This document shows positions 25,401 through 37,193 of a stretch of 64,000 nt of DNA, in pieces. Under the pieces are notes generated by a model. It saw only the letters and a program-made list of their open reading frames with translations. It searched no databases and was not told the DNA's origin. The DNA comes from Yuukianura sp. NJ FZ-2021. Lineage: Eukaryota. Position 1 is the stretch's first letter. Each line of letters starts with the position of its first letter. The position numbers and the translations under genes were made by a program. The stretch lies in the NCBI GenBank assembly GCA_046563655.1, contig CM102289.1:186001-250000 (forward strand), written 5' to 3'.

Positions 25401-25695
25401 GAAATGGCAAAGTTTTCAAATGTTTCCCAAAATTCAGTTCTTAAAAAGTTCAAATTTAGGGATGGTCGCCGGGCTGATCAACACTGTGAAGTGGTCGTCG
25501 GCATTTTTAGTGACGAATCGATTTCTGAGTTTGATGAATTTGTGGGGAGAGAGCGTTGGGTATTTGGTCATTTCTGGAATTGCATTGCTAGGGGCTCTCT
25601 ACGTTACGATCTGCGTACCGGAAACGAGGGGCAAAACATTAGAAGAAATTCAACTCTTTTACAAAAACAAAAATTCACAACTTCCTTCCGTTTAA
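22466..25695 (+). CDS. MFS sugar porter (Tret1-like facilitated trehalose transporter family)
   Basis: EKYGRRK, YIAEISDPDIRG, PESPRFL, DRFGRRPLL, AEILPPEAKG, VPETRGKTLEEIQ; 8 exons, one intron carries a transposon. Confidence 0.9.
23865..25057 (+). mobile_element. Pogo/Tigger-like (Tc1/mariner superfamily) DNA transposon, internally deleted
   Basis: TIRs CCGTATTTTCCCTAATAGTACACC / GGTGTACTATTTGGGAAAATACGG, TA target duplication, subterminal AATAGTACACC repeats. Broken transposase: HTH (FDLEFKLKVL...IDRQSIRTW) and DDE fragments (IAMDETSLLFDM...DGTKLKPFIVF; SSNGWMNDDL). Confidence 0.92.
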
Positions 25696-26047
25696 AACAA
25701 TAAGTTTTGAAAAAAATGTCAAAAAAAAAACGTAATTGACGTCTACAGTAAACAGCAACTCGAATCTATCATTTTTATAGTTATCACAAGCATGCTACAC
25801 ATGCTTGTTGGGGCTTCGCCCAAACACCAAAATTTGAAAGGTCGGAATTTTTGAAAAATGAGAACAGCGTTTGTTGCTTATATTAGAATGTTGGGTTTAC
25901 ATTTTATTTGGTTGCACAATTGAAGTTGGAGAAAGCACGTGCAATTTGTATTACAACAAGGCTTTAGGTAATTCATAATTTCACAAGTTATCACTTCTGT
26001 TTGGTTTAAAGGCATTTTGAGTTTAGGATTTTGGAAGGATTGAAATT

Positions 26048-26935
26048 TTAGGCGGGGGCGTAGGAGTAGAGTTCAGAGTGCTGGCGTCTCCAGCCTTTCT
26101 GCATAACAGGACCATTCTTAGGTCCAACTGCGCAGACGCAGGAGTTCGGGATGTTCAAGGCGCAGGGGCGATCGTTGCCCTTGGAAGTTGTGCGGACATA
26201 GTTCGGTTCGTTCGGAACAAGGCCCTTTGTATCGGCTAGTGCTGCTTGAAGGTGGGCGTAAGAACGAACCGCTAATTGTTTATCCAACGCCGGATTTCTC
26301 CGGTAGTATTTCCTACAACAACACACAATTAACAATTTCATACAAATAAAGGCAGCACACAAGGATTGAAAGGAAAGTTCCTTTTAAGGTGGGTAAACAA
26401 ACAAACAAATTGTTTTTCTACGCCAGGTTATCCAGTAACTCTACGTTTTTAATTTTTCTCAAATAATTTGGAAAACTTGCGTAGCCGTGCCTTTTTATGG
26501 TAATGATTTGTATGTTTCATAGTAGTTGGAGGAAAAAATTGTTTTCTTCCAAACTTTTGAGGTAGTGAGGTACTGGACAACCTCTTGTAGCAAATACGGT
26601 CGGTTACTATAGCAACCGTGGTTCCTTTTGCTCTACGTGCGGCTAAGGGCTAGAGGTCAAGTTCTACATTTGTATTTTGATAAAATAATTAGACATATGA
26701 TAGAATAAGTGTTTTGGTTATACTCTAAAGTGCCTTACTCTGTTTTCCAGCATGCTTTCAAGAATGCACACAACGCAATGAGTACAATTACCCCAACAAT
26801 TAGACCTGTGAGGAAAATGGTTTCAGTGGACTTGTTTCTGCTGAAATCGTTCACTGCTGCACCAGCTCCTTTCTTCTGAGCAGCAGCAGTCGGCAGTATT
26901 TCTAAACTCACTACTGTTGAATTCCACAAATCCAT
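26048..26935 (-). CDS. Orphan single-pass membrane protein, tandem copy A (2 exons)
   Basis: Exon 1 MDLWNST...TM...WKTE joined (phase 2) to exon 2 KYYRRNP...KGWRRQHSELYSYAPA*. Confidence 0.85.
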
Positions 26936-27640
26936 TAACTTCTATTCCATTAAACTGTTATACTTTTCTAAACTTTTGTTTCAATTCACATGGGACATTG
27001 AGGTGTGAGTATCTGTGTTTCCAAAGCAAAGTTCGATCTATTTTTGTGACTTATTTTCAACAGCGCATGTTTTTGCACACGACACAAGAAAAGTGAAAGC
27101 CGAACGGTTGCCGAAAACAACGCTACTTTGCTTTTGCTACTTTTCTTCTTTGCTACTTTGCTACAAAAATCGGACCTACTTTGTCCAATTTTTAGCAAGA
27201 TAGGAAGCCATTGGTTTATTTGTAAGAATGGCATTTAGAGAAAGCACATGCAGGTCTTAGCAAATAAGGCCCGAGAATTCCACAAATCATCACTTTTTTT
27301 AGTTTAATTTAGGCATTGTTAAATTTGGCATTTTAACAACTTCCGTCAGTTTAAAAGAAATTAAAAAGTTAAAAAAATTTAAAAGAAACGAATTAGAAAC
27401 ATAAATTCACTTTCAGAATAAACAGTGGCTTTAATTCCACATTTTATTTATTTTACAAACTTGCTACACGTTCTTGGTGGGGCGCTGCCCCACAAACGTT
27501 CAATTTTCCTTAAATAATCAATGTATTTACAGAAAGCACGTCCAGGTTTAGTACAAAAGGCGTTAGTATTTCATAATTTCACAAATCGCGTTGAGTAGAT
27601 TTTAGCAATTTTGAGTTTGGCGTTTTGGCATGAGTGAAAT

Positions 27641-28493
27641 TTAGGCTGGAGCGTAGGAGTAGAGTTCAGAGTCCTGGCGTCTCCAGCCTTTCTGCGTAAC
27701 AGGACCATTCCTTGATCCGACTGCGCAGGCGCAGGAAGGGTTCGGCACCTTCAGTTCGCATGGGCGTTCGTTTCCTTTGGACAGTCTACGCCCGTAGTCC
27801 GCTTCAGGCAGCACATGCGACGTTCCTTTCGCTTCCTGTGTTGCGTGAAGAGCGGCGTAGCGGCGATCGTGCAATTGTTGTTCCACCTGCGGATTTCTCC
27901 GGTAGTATTTCCTAAGGCACACAAAAGTTTTTTCACATAAGGAACGCCATACAGAAGTAGCGAAAGAAACAAACGTTAAATTTTGTGACCTCTACATCTA
28001 CGAAGCAAATGGTTTACAATTGCAAAAATGTGTTTGATCTTGACCTCTGACCCGCAAAGACAAATTGCAAGTCAGTGTCACGAGCGGACAAACTGGCAGA
28101 CGGACAGACAAAGGCAAAACCATAAAGTTGCAATTGTTTTCGCTTCTTAATAATATATATATATTATTATATATGACTATAGTCATACATTCGTATTTTG
28201 ATAAAATAATTGTTTTAACTATATTGTATTATATTATATTATGTATATATTATTTATTATATATGTATATTTTATTGTATTATATTATAAGTGCCTTACT
28301 CTGTTGTCCAACATGCTTTGAAGAATGCACAGAACGCAATTAGCACAATGACCCCCACAACTAGGACAGTGAGGAGAATTGTGCCAGTGGACTTGTTTCT
28401 GCTGAAATCGTTCACTGCTGCACCCGCTCCCTCCCATGGTGCAGCAGTCGGCAATATTTCTGAACCGTACTCGGTTGAATTCCACAAATCCAT
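27641..28493 (-). CDS. Orphan single-pass membrane protein, tandem copy B
   Basis: Paralog of copy A with the same intron position; ends KGWRRQDSELYSYAPA*. Confidence 0.85.
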
Positions 28494-28959
28494 TTCTTTG
28501 TAATATATTAAATTAAATATTAATAATTAAAGTAAATTGTTATTCTTTCATAAACTTGTCCAGTCAGTCACTCGGAGAGTGAGGTCTGAGTATCTGGATC
28601 TCCAAAACAAACTCCGACTTTCTCTGAATCTTTTTGTGTGGCCTATTTGCAACAGCGCATGTTTTTGCACGGCCGAACAAAGTGGATTACTCGACACAAG
28701 ACAAGTGACAGCCGAACGGTAGCCGAGAAACAACTTTGAGGTTGTTTTTGTTTTAAAGAAATTCGGATGATACTTTGTCACAATTTGTAGCATGAAGTTG
28801 ATTTATTTGTAAGATTTAAGATATTATAAGATTTATGGTATTTAGAGAAAGCACAAGCAGTTTGCAGTACAACAAATATGGCTTTGGAATTACACAAATC
28901 ATCACTTTTTTTAGTTTAACAGGATTTGTTGAATTTGGCTTTTTGGAAGGATTAAAATT

Positions 28960-29554
28960 TTAGGCTGGAGCGTACGAGTACGCTTCAGAGTCCTGGCGTC
29001 TCCAGCCTTTCTGCCTTGCAGCACCATTCCTAGATCCACCTGCGCAGACGCAGGCAGAGTTTGGCATCTTCAAGGCGCATGGGCGTGCATTCCCCGTGGA
29101 CACTCTACGCGCGTAGTTCGGTGCAGGCGGCACATACGTCATTGCATTCCTTCCCTGCGCTGCTTCAACATGCATTAATTCACACAATCTCGGATTTCTG
29201 CGACGCATTCTCCTAAAAAACCAAAATTTATTACAAATGAAAAAATCACGACTGTCTGACGGACAGACAGACAGACGGACAGAGAAGGTCAAACCATAAA
29301 GGAGCATTTTTGTTTAAAAACTTAGCAAAATATTTGATTATTTCAAAAGTAGGTTACTGTGCTGTCCAAGCTGCTCTGAAGAATAAGCAGACTGGAATGA
29401 GTATCATGAGAACAACAACTAAAACAGTGAGAAGAATCGTGCCAGTGGACTTGGTTCTGTCAATCGTGTTCACAGCTTCACCCGCTTCCTTCTTCCACTG
29501 AGCAGCAGCAGTCGGCAGTAGTTCTGCATTGGACTCTGTTGAATTCAAATCCAT
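28960..29554 (-). CDS. Orphan single-pass membrane protein, tandem copy C
   Basis: Paralog; ends KGWRRQDSEAYSYAPA*. Confidence 0.85.
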
Positions 29555-30004
29555 TTGTATATAATTATATACTATTTTATATTATTCGGCTTTACATATT
29601 TTCTATTTTCTAGACGGAGTGGAGATCTATGCTCCTCCGTAAACAAATTACGCCTTTCTCACTTTCTACTAGCCTATATGAATCGGCGCATGTTTTTCAA
29701 TACCCGAACAAAAAGCTGTGAGAGGAAACTCGGTACAAGAAAAGTGAAAGCCGAACAGTAGCCGAAGAGAAACTTTTGGTTCCTTTTTTTCAAAGAGAAG
29801 TTGGAGTAAATTGGAGAGATTTAGACGATAGTTTGTGAGATTTTTAGCAAGAAGTTGATGATTTATTTGTAATTAGAATGTAAGAATGGTATTTAGAGAA
29901 AGCACATGCAGTTCATAACAAATAAGGCGCTACAATTCCACCAATCACCACTTTTTGGTTCGAACTTAGGAATTGTTGTAATAGTGGAAGGATTAGAAGC
30001 TTTT

Positions 30005-30852
30005 TTAGGCCGGAGCGTAAGAGTAGAGTTCGGAGTCTTGGCGTTTCCAGCCTTTCTGCCTCGCAGGGGCATTGCCCTTGGTTGCGCAGACGCAGGAGGA
30101 GGCAGGCAGCTTCAATGCGCATGGGCGTTCGTTCCCCTTGGACGCTCTGCGCACATAGGGATCAGGCAGCACAGCCTCCATGGCAGCCGCCTCCTGTGCT
30201 GCTAATTCCAAGTTGGCTTCTCGTATGTCATCAAACAAATGAGGAGTGCGCCGACGCTGTTTCCTAACAGAAACACAGTTGTTAAGTAGCGAAAGTATTA
30301 ATACTTTGTTCCTTAACCCTTCACTACTGAATAATAAGGTATAATTAAGTAGCGACAGCATTTAGCTTCACTATGTTTTCGCCAGTGCCTGTCCCTCTGT
30401 CTGCCTAAAAATGTTGTTGTTGATTTCTGTCTTTCTGTGTGCCTGTCCGTCTGTCTGCCTAAAAATGTTGTTGATTTCTGTCTGTGTGTCTGTCTGTCTG
30501 CCTAAAAAGGTTGTTGATTTATGTGTGTTTGTGCGTCTGTCTGCCTGTCTTTCTGTATGCTTAATAATATTGTTGTTGATTTCTGTCTGTGTGTCTGTCT
30601 GCCTGCCTAATTGTTGTCGGTTTGAGTGGGGTAATGAACAAGTAAAAGTGCTTACTCTGTGCTCCAGCATGCTTTGAAGAAGGCACAGAATGCGAGGAGG
30701 CAAATGACCCCGACAATTAATCCAGTGAGGAGGATTGTGCCTGTGGACTTGTTGGAACTCATTGCGTTCACAGATGCTCCAGCTCCCTTCTTCTGAGCAG
30801 CAGCAGTCGGCAGTAGTTCTGCACTCAGCAGTGATGAATTCCACAAATCCAT
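30005..30852 (-). CDS. Orphan single-pass membrane protein, tandem copy D
   Basis: Paralog; ends KGWKRQDSELYSYAPA*. Confidence 0.85.
30280..30612. repeat. TCTG/GACA microsatellite-bearing interspersed repeat (Helentron/DINE-1-like) in an intron
   Basis: TTAAGTAGCGAAAG head plus CTGT arrays; the same head plus GTCT array occurs at 39404-39460, with related pieces at ~27955-28150 and ~29250-29310. Confidence 0.5.
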
Positions 30853-31608
30853 TTTTATATTATTCTTTATTATTATATATTACTGCTTTTTACATATTTT
30901 CCTTTTTCAAGACGGAGAGTGAGTGGGGGTGTGGAAATCTAACTCTTCCGAAAACAAATTACGCCGTGTCTAAATTTTCTGCTGCCCTATATGCATCAGC
31001 GCATGGTTTTCCACACTCGAAGAAAGTCAAAGTTCTGAGAAGAAACTCGGCAAAGAAATTTGTAAAAGTGAAAGCCGAGATCCAGCCGAAAACATTCGTC
31101 GGATTTTTTTTTCCGGAAGCGACCCATATCTAACATAACATGTATTTTCCTCATTAATGAGAAATTTAAAAAATTCTAAATATTGTTTTTTAAAACATTA
31201 TTCAACCTTCTAACTTCTAGCTATTACTTTTGGAAAAAGTTTTTGTTAAAAACAATTAGGACGATTGACGATTGCACTAAAAGGGGCGAAGCCCCAGCAA
31301 GCATGCTATGCAAGCTGGTTAAGATTACATAAATTTAAAACTTTTGAAAACAAATTACTTTTTTGATGTGTATATTAATTAAATATAATATCTCTACTAA
31401 AATTAAAAATCTTTACACTTTTTACTTAAGTTTCTTTTAGCAAAGTTTGTACACACGGCGTTCCCTTTTTTTAAAAATTATTTTGTAACTTTTGAATTTT
31501 AATTTTAAAATAGGTTTACTTACTTTTAAATAAACACTTTGCGTTTATAAATAAACACAAAGTGTTTATTTTCAAATCAGAGTATTTACTTTGCATTTTG
31601 GTTTAGAA

Positions 31609-32525
31609 CGTAGCAGGTGAAATGGTCAAAATAATTTGGCCAAAAGTGAAATGATCAGAGGTGAAAAGGCCAGAAGTGAAATGGCCAAAAAGTGAAAATA
31701 TCAGAATTGTAATGGCCAAAAAGTGAAAAGGCCAAAACCTAAAAACGCCAAAAAGAAAATGACCAAAAAGTGAAATGACCAAAAAGTGAAAACGCCAAAA
31801 AGTGAAAAGGCCAAAATAAGAAAAGGCCAAAAAGTGAAAAGACCAGAATTAGGAAAAAATTACTTTCAGTGGGTAACTCGCATTTTCTTTATTTTTTATT
31901 TTTGTTTGCGAATATGACCCCCTGACCTCAAAAATTTGGAATTTTCGGAAAATTATGAAAAATGCAATTTCGCTATAAGGGCACACGTTAATTTTTTCTC
32001 AAAATAGGTCTTAGCTTATATTTTGTTAGGTTAGGTTACGTTTTTAAGTGCTTAAGCAATTTTGTTATAGCATTTAGGTTAGATTTGGTTAACTTTCAAA
32101 AAATGGGATTTGTTTGTTTAGAAAAAGTTAACGTGGAGTATTTTCCCATTTTTTTACATCTTCTAAAAATTCGAAATATTTCAAGCAGATCGCAAAAAAA
32201 TATTTTTTTGTGGCAGGGGGTTATACTTGTATTAAAAAAAAATGTAGAAAACCGAGTTACCCACTGAAAGTATTTTTTTCCCTAATTCTGGTCTTTTCAC
32301 TTTTTGGCCTTTTCATATTTTGGCCTTTTCACTTTTTGGCGTTTTCACTTTTTGGTCATTTCATTTTTTGGCCATTTTCTTTTTGGCGTTTTTGGATTTT
32401 GGCCTTTTCACTTTTTGGCCATTTCAATTCTGATATTTTCACTTTTTGGCCATTTCACTTCTGGCCTTTTCACCTCTGATCATTTCACTTTTGGCCAAAT
32501 TGTTTTGGCCATTTCACATGGAATC
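31609..32525. mobile_element. Foldback-type non-autonomous Mutator-like element
   Basis: ~260-bp inverted arms (31617-31880 / 32253-32517) built from GGCCAAAAAGTGAAA units; flanking 9-bp direct repeat GGTTTAGAA (31600-31608, 32526-32534). Confidence 0.88.
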
Positions 32526-33166
32526 GGTTTAGAAAGTCTATTTGAAAAGTAAAGTTAAAAAGAAGCAATTAAAGTTGTAATGACATTTTAGAACTAATAT
32601 TTAATAATGTTTTATTCATGTTATTTCAACTGGCTCTCATCTCAAAGTCTCATCTTGAGACACACTTGTATGTTGTAGGTTGGCCAATGTGTCACGAGGT
32701 GACTGATTACTGTGACTCTGCAATTATAAGTTTTAGGAGTGTTGAGGATGACCCTGGGTCAACTTTTTGTCACTTCAAATTCAAAACGAATCTGCGAAAA
32801 GTGTGTGTTTTTTACAGCTAGTAATTTCTAAGGTTGTATAAAAAGTTGCTGGACTTGTTGTGTATATTTGGGCCTCCAGGCAAACACTCACCTTCAACTT
32901 CAAATTTGGAATTTCAATTAGAAATTTATTTCAGCCTTGGGAACCAAAAAACAGAATTGACTTTGGCAGTAGTGGAGGAGGTAGGGCAAAAAGCTAAACT
33001 TTTTTATTGTTACTCAACTGAAAAGAGACAAAAAACGAGATTTTTTGGAAATTGGAATAAAGTTGTATTTTGTGATATTCACAATAAAACTTTCTAACCA
33101 CGCACACTGCCAACCATCGTCTCTCTTCTTGCACAGTGACACACAATTCAATAAGTTAGACACACA

Positions 33167-35759
33167 ATGACAGCCCTACTTTGGTGGTTTCGAATCAAAG
33201 GTAACATATTTTAGTCTTTCCAAAATGAAATCATTTCAAAATTAAAACATTTCACAATTTTGAAAGTTCAAATTATAATTCCCAAACACAAAATGTTTTA
33301 AGCAATACTAACCCATACAAATATTTTAGCCGGGAGTAAATTTTACCCAACACAAAGTATTTCAAAAAACTTAACAAAATTTTGACTTTTTAATATAAGC
33401 TTGTTTCAAATAAAGCGATTATAATCGCTTTTCAGATTAATCTGCCAAGTCAGATTAATCTGAGGTGGTGCGCAGGCGCAGTGCGCCACTTTTTGGATTA
33501 TAATCGGCCAAAAAAGAATCCACAAAAACCACGATTCTCTTGGATTAATCTGCTCCCTCCACCCGACCATCACCACCCACTGTTGTTATTTTTGAAATTT
33601 TCAATTCCCGCCCTTCCACATCAGCTGACAATCGGCCGAAAAAATCGAGTACACTCAAATTAATCGATTATAATCCAAGCCGGGTTAATCCGCGGAGGAT
33701 TATAATCTTTTATTTGAAACAAGCTATACATTTTCGTCTTTTTTTATACATTGTCGTCTCTTTTTCTTAAATACATTTTTGTCTTTTTTGATACAGTTTT
33801 CAGTTTTTTTGATAACTTTTGTGTTGTCAGGTACCGTAATCGTGCGAATATGGTGGCAAGTGGTGGGTCTCTTATTCTACGCCACTGGAATCGTGGCAAT
33901 TCATGAGTTCACCGAGTACAAACTAGGGTTCGAGGGAACTATAATCACTGTGATTGGAGCAGTGGTGAGTTTGCTCATGGGTTTCCGCACAAATAGCGCA
34001 TACGCACGTTACTGGGATGGACGGATCATCTGGGCTCAGATGACGAAGAACATCAGGGCTCTCGTGCTCCTCATCTGGACCAATGTCCAGGGCACAGAAG
34101 TCACAGACATCATCGAGAAAAAGTCAACCATCAACTTATGCGTTGCATTCGCATATGCAATGAAGTACTACCTCAGAGATGACTACAGGTTAGGCATCCA
34201 AATCCGCTTTTTACAAATCCGGATTTCGCATTTCACAGTAAAAATCCGGACTTAAATCCAGATTTCAGAATATATAGAATTCTTGGTCAGAATTTTTTTT
34301 AATTTTTTCAAAATCATAAACAACGTTGGTTTTAAACTCCAAGTACCGGATTATATTTATATATTTATATGGATTTCATATATTTATTTTATGGATTTCT
34401 ATATATTTATTATATGGATTTATATACATTTACTGTAGCTACACGAACGACGACTTCCAATATTTGATCTTCCCCCTCCAGAAGTACTACGACTATGACG
34501 AAGAGGGCATTGACCCTGCCAAGAGAAAGACAAGCTCAGTGTCCAAATCAGTTGCCATGGAGATGACAGACAGGAGGAAGGGCTCAGCCAGGTCCCTTAA
34601 GGACGCAAAGGACGACGAAGTGTTTCTGAATATGACGGGAGAGCAAGGTCAAGAGGTCAAAGGTCAAGGTCAAAAGTCAAGTACAAAGGGGAGCAAGAAG
34701 AAGCCTGTGAAGTTGATGGCTTATGACCTCCCCACTCCCTCCAACATTCCGCTCGAGATTTTGTGTCATCTTCATGCGTATCTCAACCATCTTGCATCAA
34801 AGGAAAAGAAGCCAGAGTCTTTTGTTTTCGGGGCAATGAACAGCGGTAGGCAAAAGGAATTTTTAAATTTCAAAAATTTCAAAATTAAAAATTCTATTAT
34901 TTTTTGAATTTGGTAGCAATTCAAGGATTGTTGGAGACTTTGACGAATTTTGAGCGTGTGAGTCGGACGCCGATTCCGTTGGCGTATTCGATCCATCTGC
35001 ACCATGTCGTTTGGTTGTATTTGCTTGCCGTTCCGTTTCAGTTTGTAGCCAAACACTCCTGGGGCACAATAATCATCATGGCATTCGGATCCTTCTGCAT
35101 GCTCGGAATTCTGTCAATTGCCACTGAAATTGAAGATCCATTTGGAGATGATGCCAATGACTTGGTAACTTCCACTTTTCAACAAAAATTTCACATTTCA
35201 AATTCCATCTTACAGAAGCACACAGAACTCTCACATTTCTTTAGTATGCACAAGCATATTCTACAAACGTACAGACAAGCAATCCACACACTTCTTTAGT
35301 ATATACAAAAATACTCACTGTACAAGCGAACAACGCTCACATTTTTTTGGTACAGAAAAGAAAGTATTTACGTTGCGGACAAACAAACAACGCTCACATT
35401 TCTTTAGTATAGAGAAGAACATTCAACCGTAACACACACAGATATTCCGTAAATGTTTTTAATATTACGAGAGTAGATGTTTTTTTCTGTTTATGAATTT
35501 TGTTGTTGTATTTTTGCAGCCACTGGACGATTTTTGCATTGTGCTGAAGCGTGAAGTGGAGCTGATCACGGGTTGTGAGCCGCCAGAAACGAAATCCTGG
35601 GTGTTTTCAGAAAAGAACACACCGTTCAAGTACTCGGGAATCAACGACACCAAAGCAGGGGAATGGGCTACAAAGTCCAAAGAGGAGTTGACAGCAATGT
35701 TGCAGAAAAACGCTAAAGCACATTTCTTTGTCGACAAACTTTTGAGAAACCGGAAATGA
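33167..35759 (+). CDS. Microbial/fungal-type bestrophin (UPF0187/YneE-like) anion channel, 5 exons
   Basis: LLMGFRTNSAYARYWDGRIIW; SNIPLEI; ERVSRTPIPLAYSIHL; GILSIATEIEDPFGDDANDLPLD; spliced in frame. Confidence 0.88.
33398..33725. mobile_element. MITE in intron 1 of the bestrophin-like gene
   Basis: TIRs AGCTTGTTTCAAATAAA..GATTATAATC / GATTATAATC..TTTATTTGAAACAAGCT; internal GATTA(T)AATC repeats; ATA on both flanks. Confidence 0.8.
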
Positions 35760-35951
35760 ACTTTTACACCGCTAAAAGGATTAAAAATGATTCCATTTTT
35801 ACAAATTCAGATAAATAGTTTAGACAAAAAATTCTGACAAAAAAAGCATACAAGACGCTGAACTTTTTGTTCAAACTGATTTAATCTCAGTAATTTTTTG
35901 ACTTTTTTTTAATTTTGTTATGAAAACGTCAACTTAATTTTACAAAATCTT

Positions 35952-36732
35952 TTATATAGTTGTGTTGTTATGTTTTGTGATGTTGGTAGGGCGGGGAGTG
36001 GAGTAGTGCGGTGCAGGCATCGGTTTGCTGCAAATTTTTGCTTTTTCTTTGTTCGATACGCACGTAGAAGTCGTTGTGTTGAAAATTTTCCCTTCAGTAC
36101 AACTGTAGTGAGTTGGTTGGCGGTAAAAACAAAGGTAGTACTTGGTACAGTCTAAAAATTCAAAAATGAACAAACTTTTGAAGATCTGAATTTTTAAATT
36201 TCAGAATTATAAATTAATTTCAAAACTTTCAAAAATTGAAAACATGTTTGTCCTTAAGTATCTACCTGTCGGATCCGCCTGATACCCGTTGAATCCGCAC
36301 TCAATTTCTGAAAATCAAAAACAAATCATAATTTATGTCTATAAAACACAAATTTCCATGAAATCAAAATTTAAAACAGGTCAAAAGTGAATTTTGTAAG
36401 GTCAAAGGTCAACTGAATTGTGTAGACTCACCGTATGGACACAAGTATTCTGGAATCTCATCTCTGTTTTTGCATTCCATTCTCGTAGGGTGGAATGCCT
36501 GCCGATAAGGACATCTCCTGGGAAAGGCATGTCCTTTGTGACACAGGAAGTAGTAGAGGCAGTACTTGCTGGAGGGGTCAGCATACCTTGCTGTCAGGGG
36601 ACTGTAGGGACACGTATACCGTCCATAGCTCACTTCCTTCACTGGTGACCTCTTGACCTCTACTTGCTCCTTCTCAAAACACAACACACCCACGAACCAA
36701 AGGCAACACAGAATGTGAAATGAAGTCTCCAT
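35952..36732 (-). CDS. Secreted chitin-binding protein with two peritrophin-A (CBM14) domains
   Basis: Signal peptide; ADPSSKYCLYYFLC...CPYRQAFHPTRMEC and ADPTDCTKYYLC...CTEGKIFNTTTSTC. Confidence 0.88.
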
Positions 36733-37193
36733 TTCAACAAATTAACATCAGCAAAACATTTTCACGCAGTGGAACAATGGAACAATTAAGATTTCATGGT
36801 TAAATTAAAGTTAAACTTAGATAATTGAGTTGACAATTAAAATTGAACTGGTGAAATGATAAAAAGCCCACGCTTCAACTTAAATGTTTAAAAATGGACG
36901 TGTAAGGCAGTTTTTCAAAATTCAAAATTTCAAATTCAGACGAATTTCTAAAAGTTAAGGTGGAGAAATGCAACAAATTACACGTTTTTGACACTCCGTG
37001 GAATCCACGTGCCTATTTACTTCTCATTATGAAAGACAGCTTGTCTTTCTCATTTCTAAAAACAACAAACTCCAAAGCAGCAATTAAAATTTAGAAATAC
37101 TGTACAAAAATTCTGGATTTCTAACTCAAATTTTCATTTCCTCTTGAGTGTGAGTCTTGTTCAAATAAAATTTGAAATACTTTGAAATCAAAA

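Noticed and set aside
30371..30844. 157-aa ORF with RQTD repeats
   Set aside because: Read-through of an intronic GACA microsatellite
31603..32552. Phe/His-rich ORFs (FGHF repeats) on both strands
   Set aside because: Translations of the 15-bp tandem units in the foldback arms
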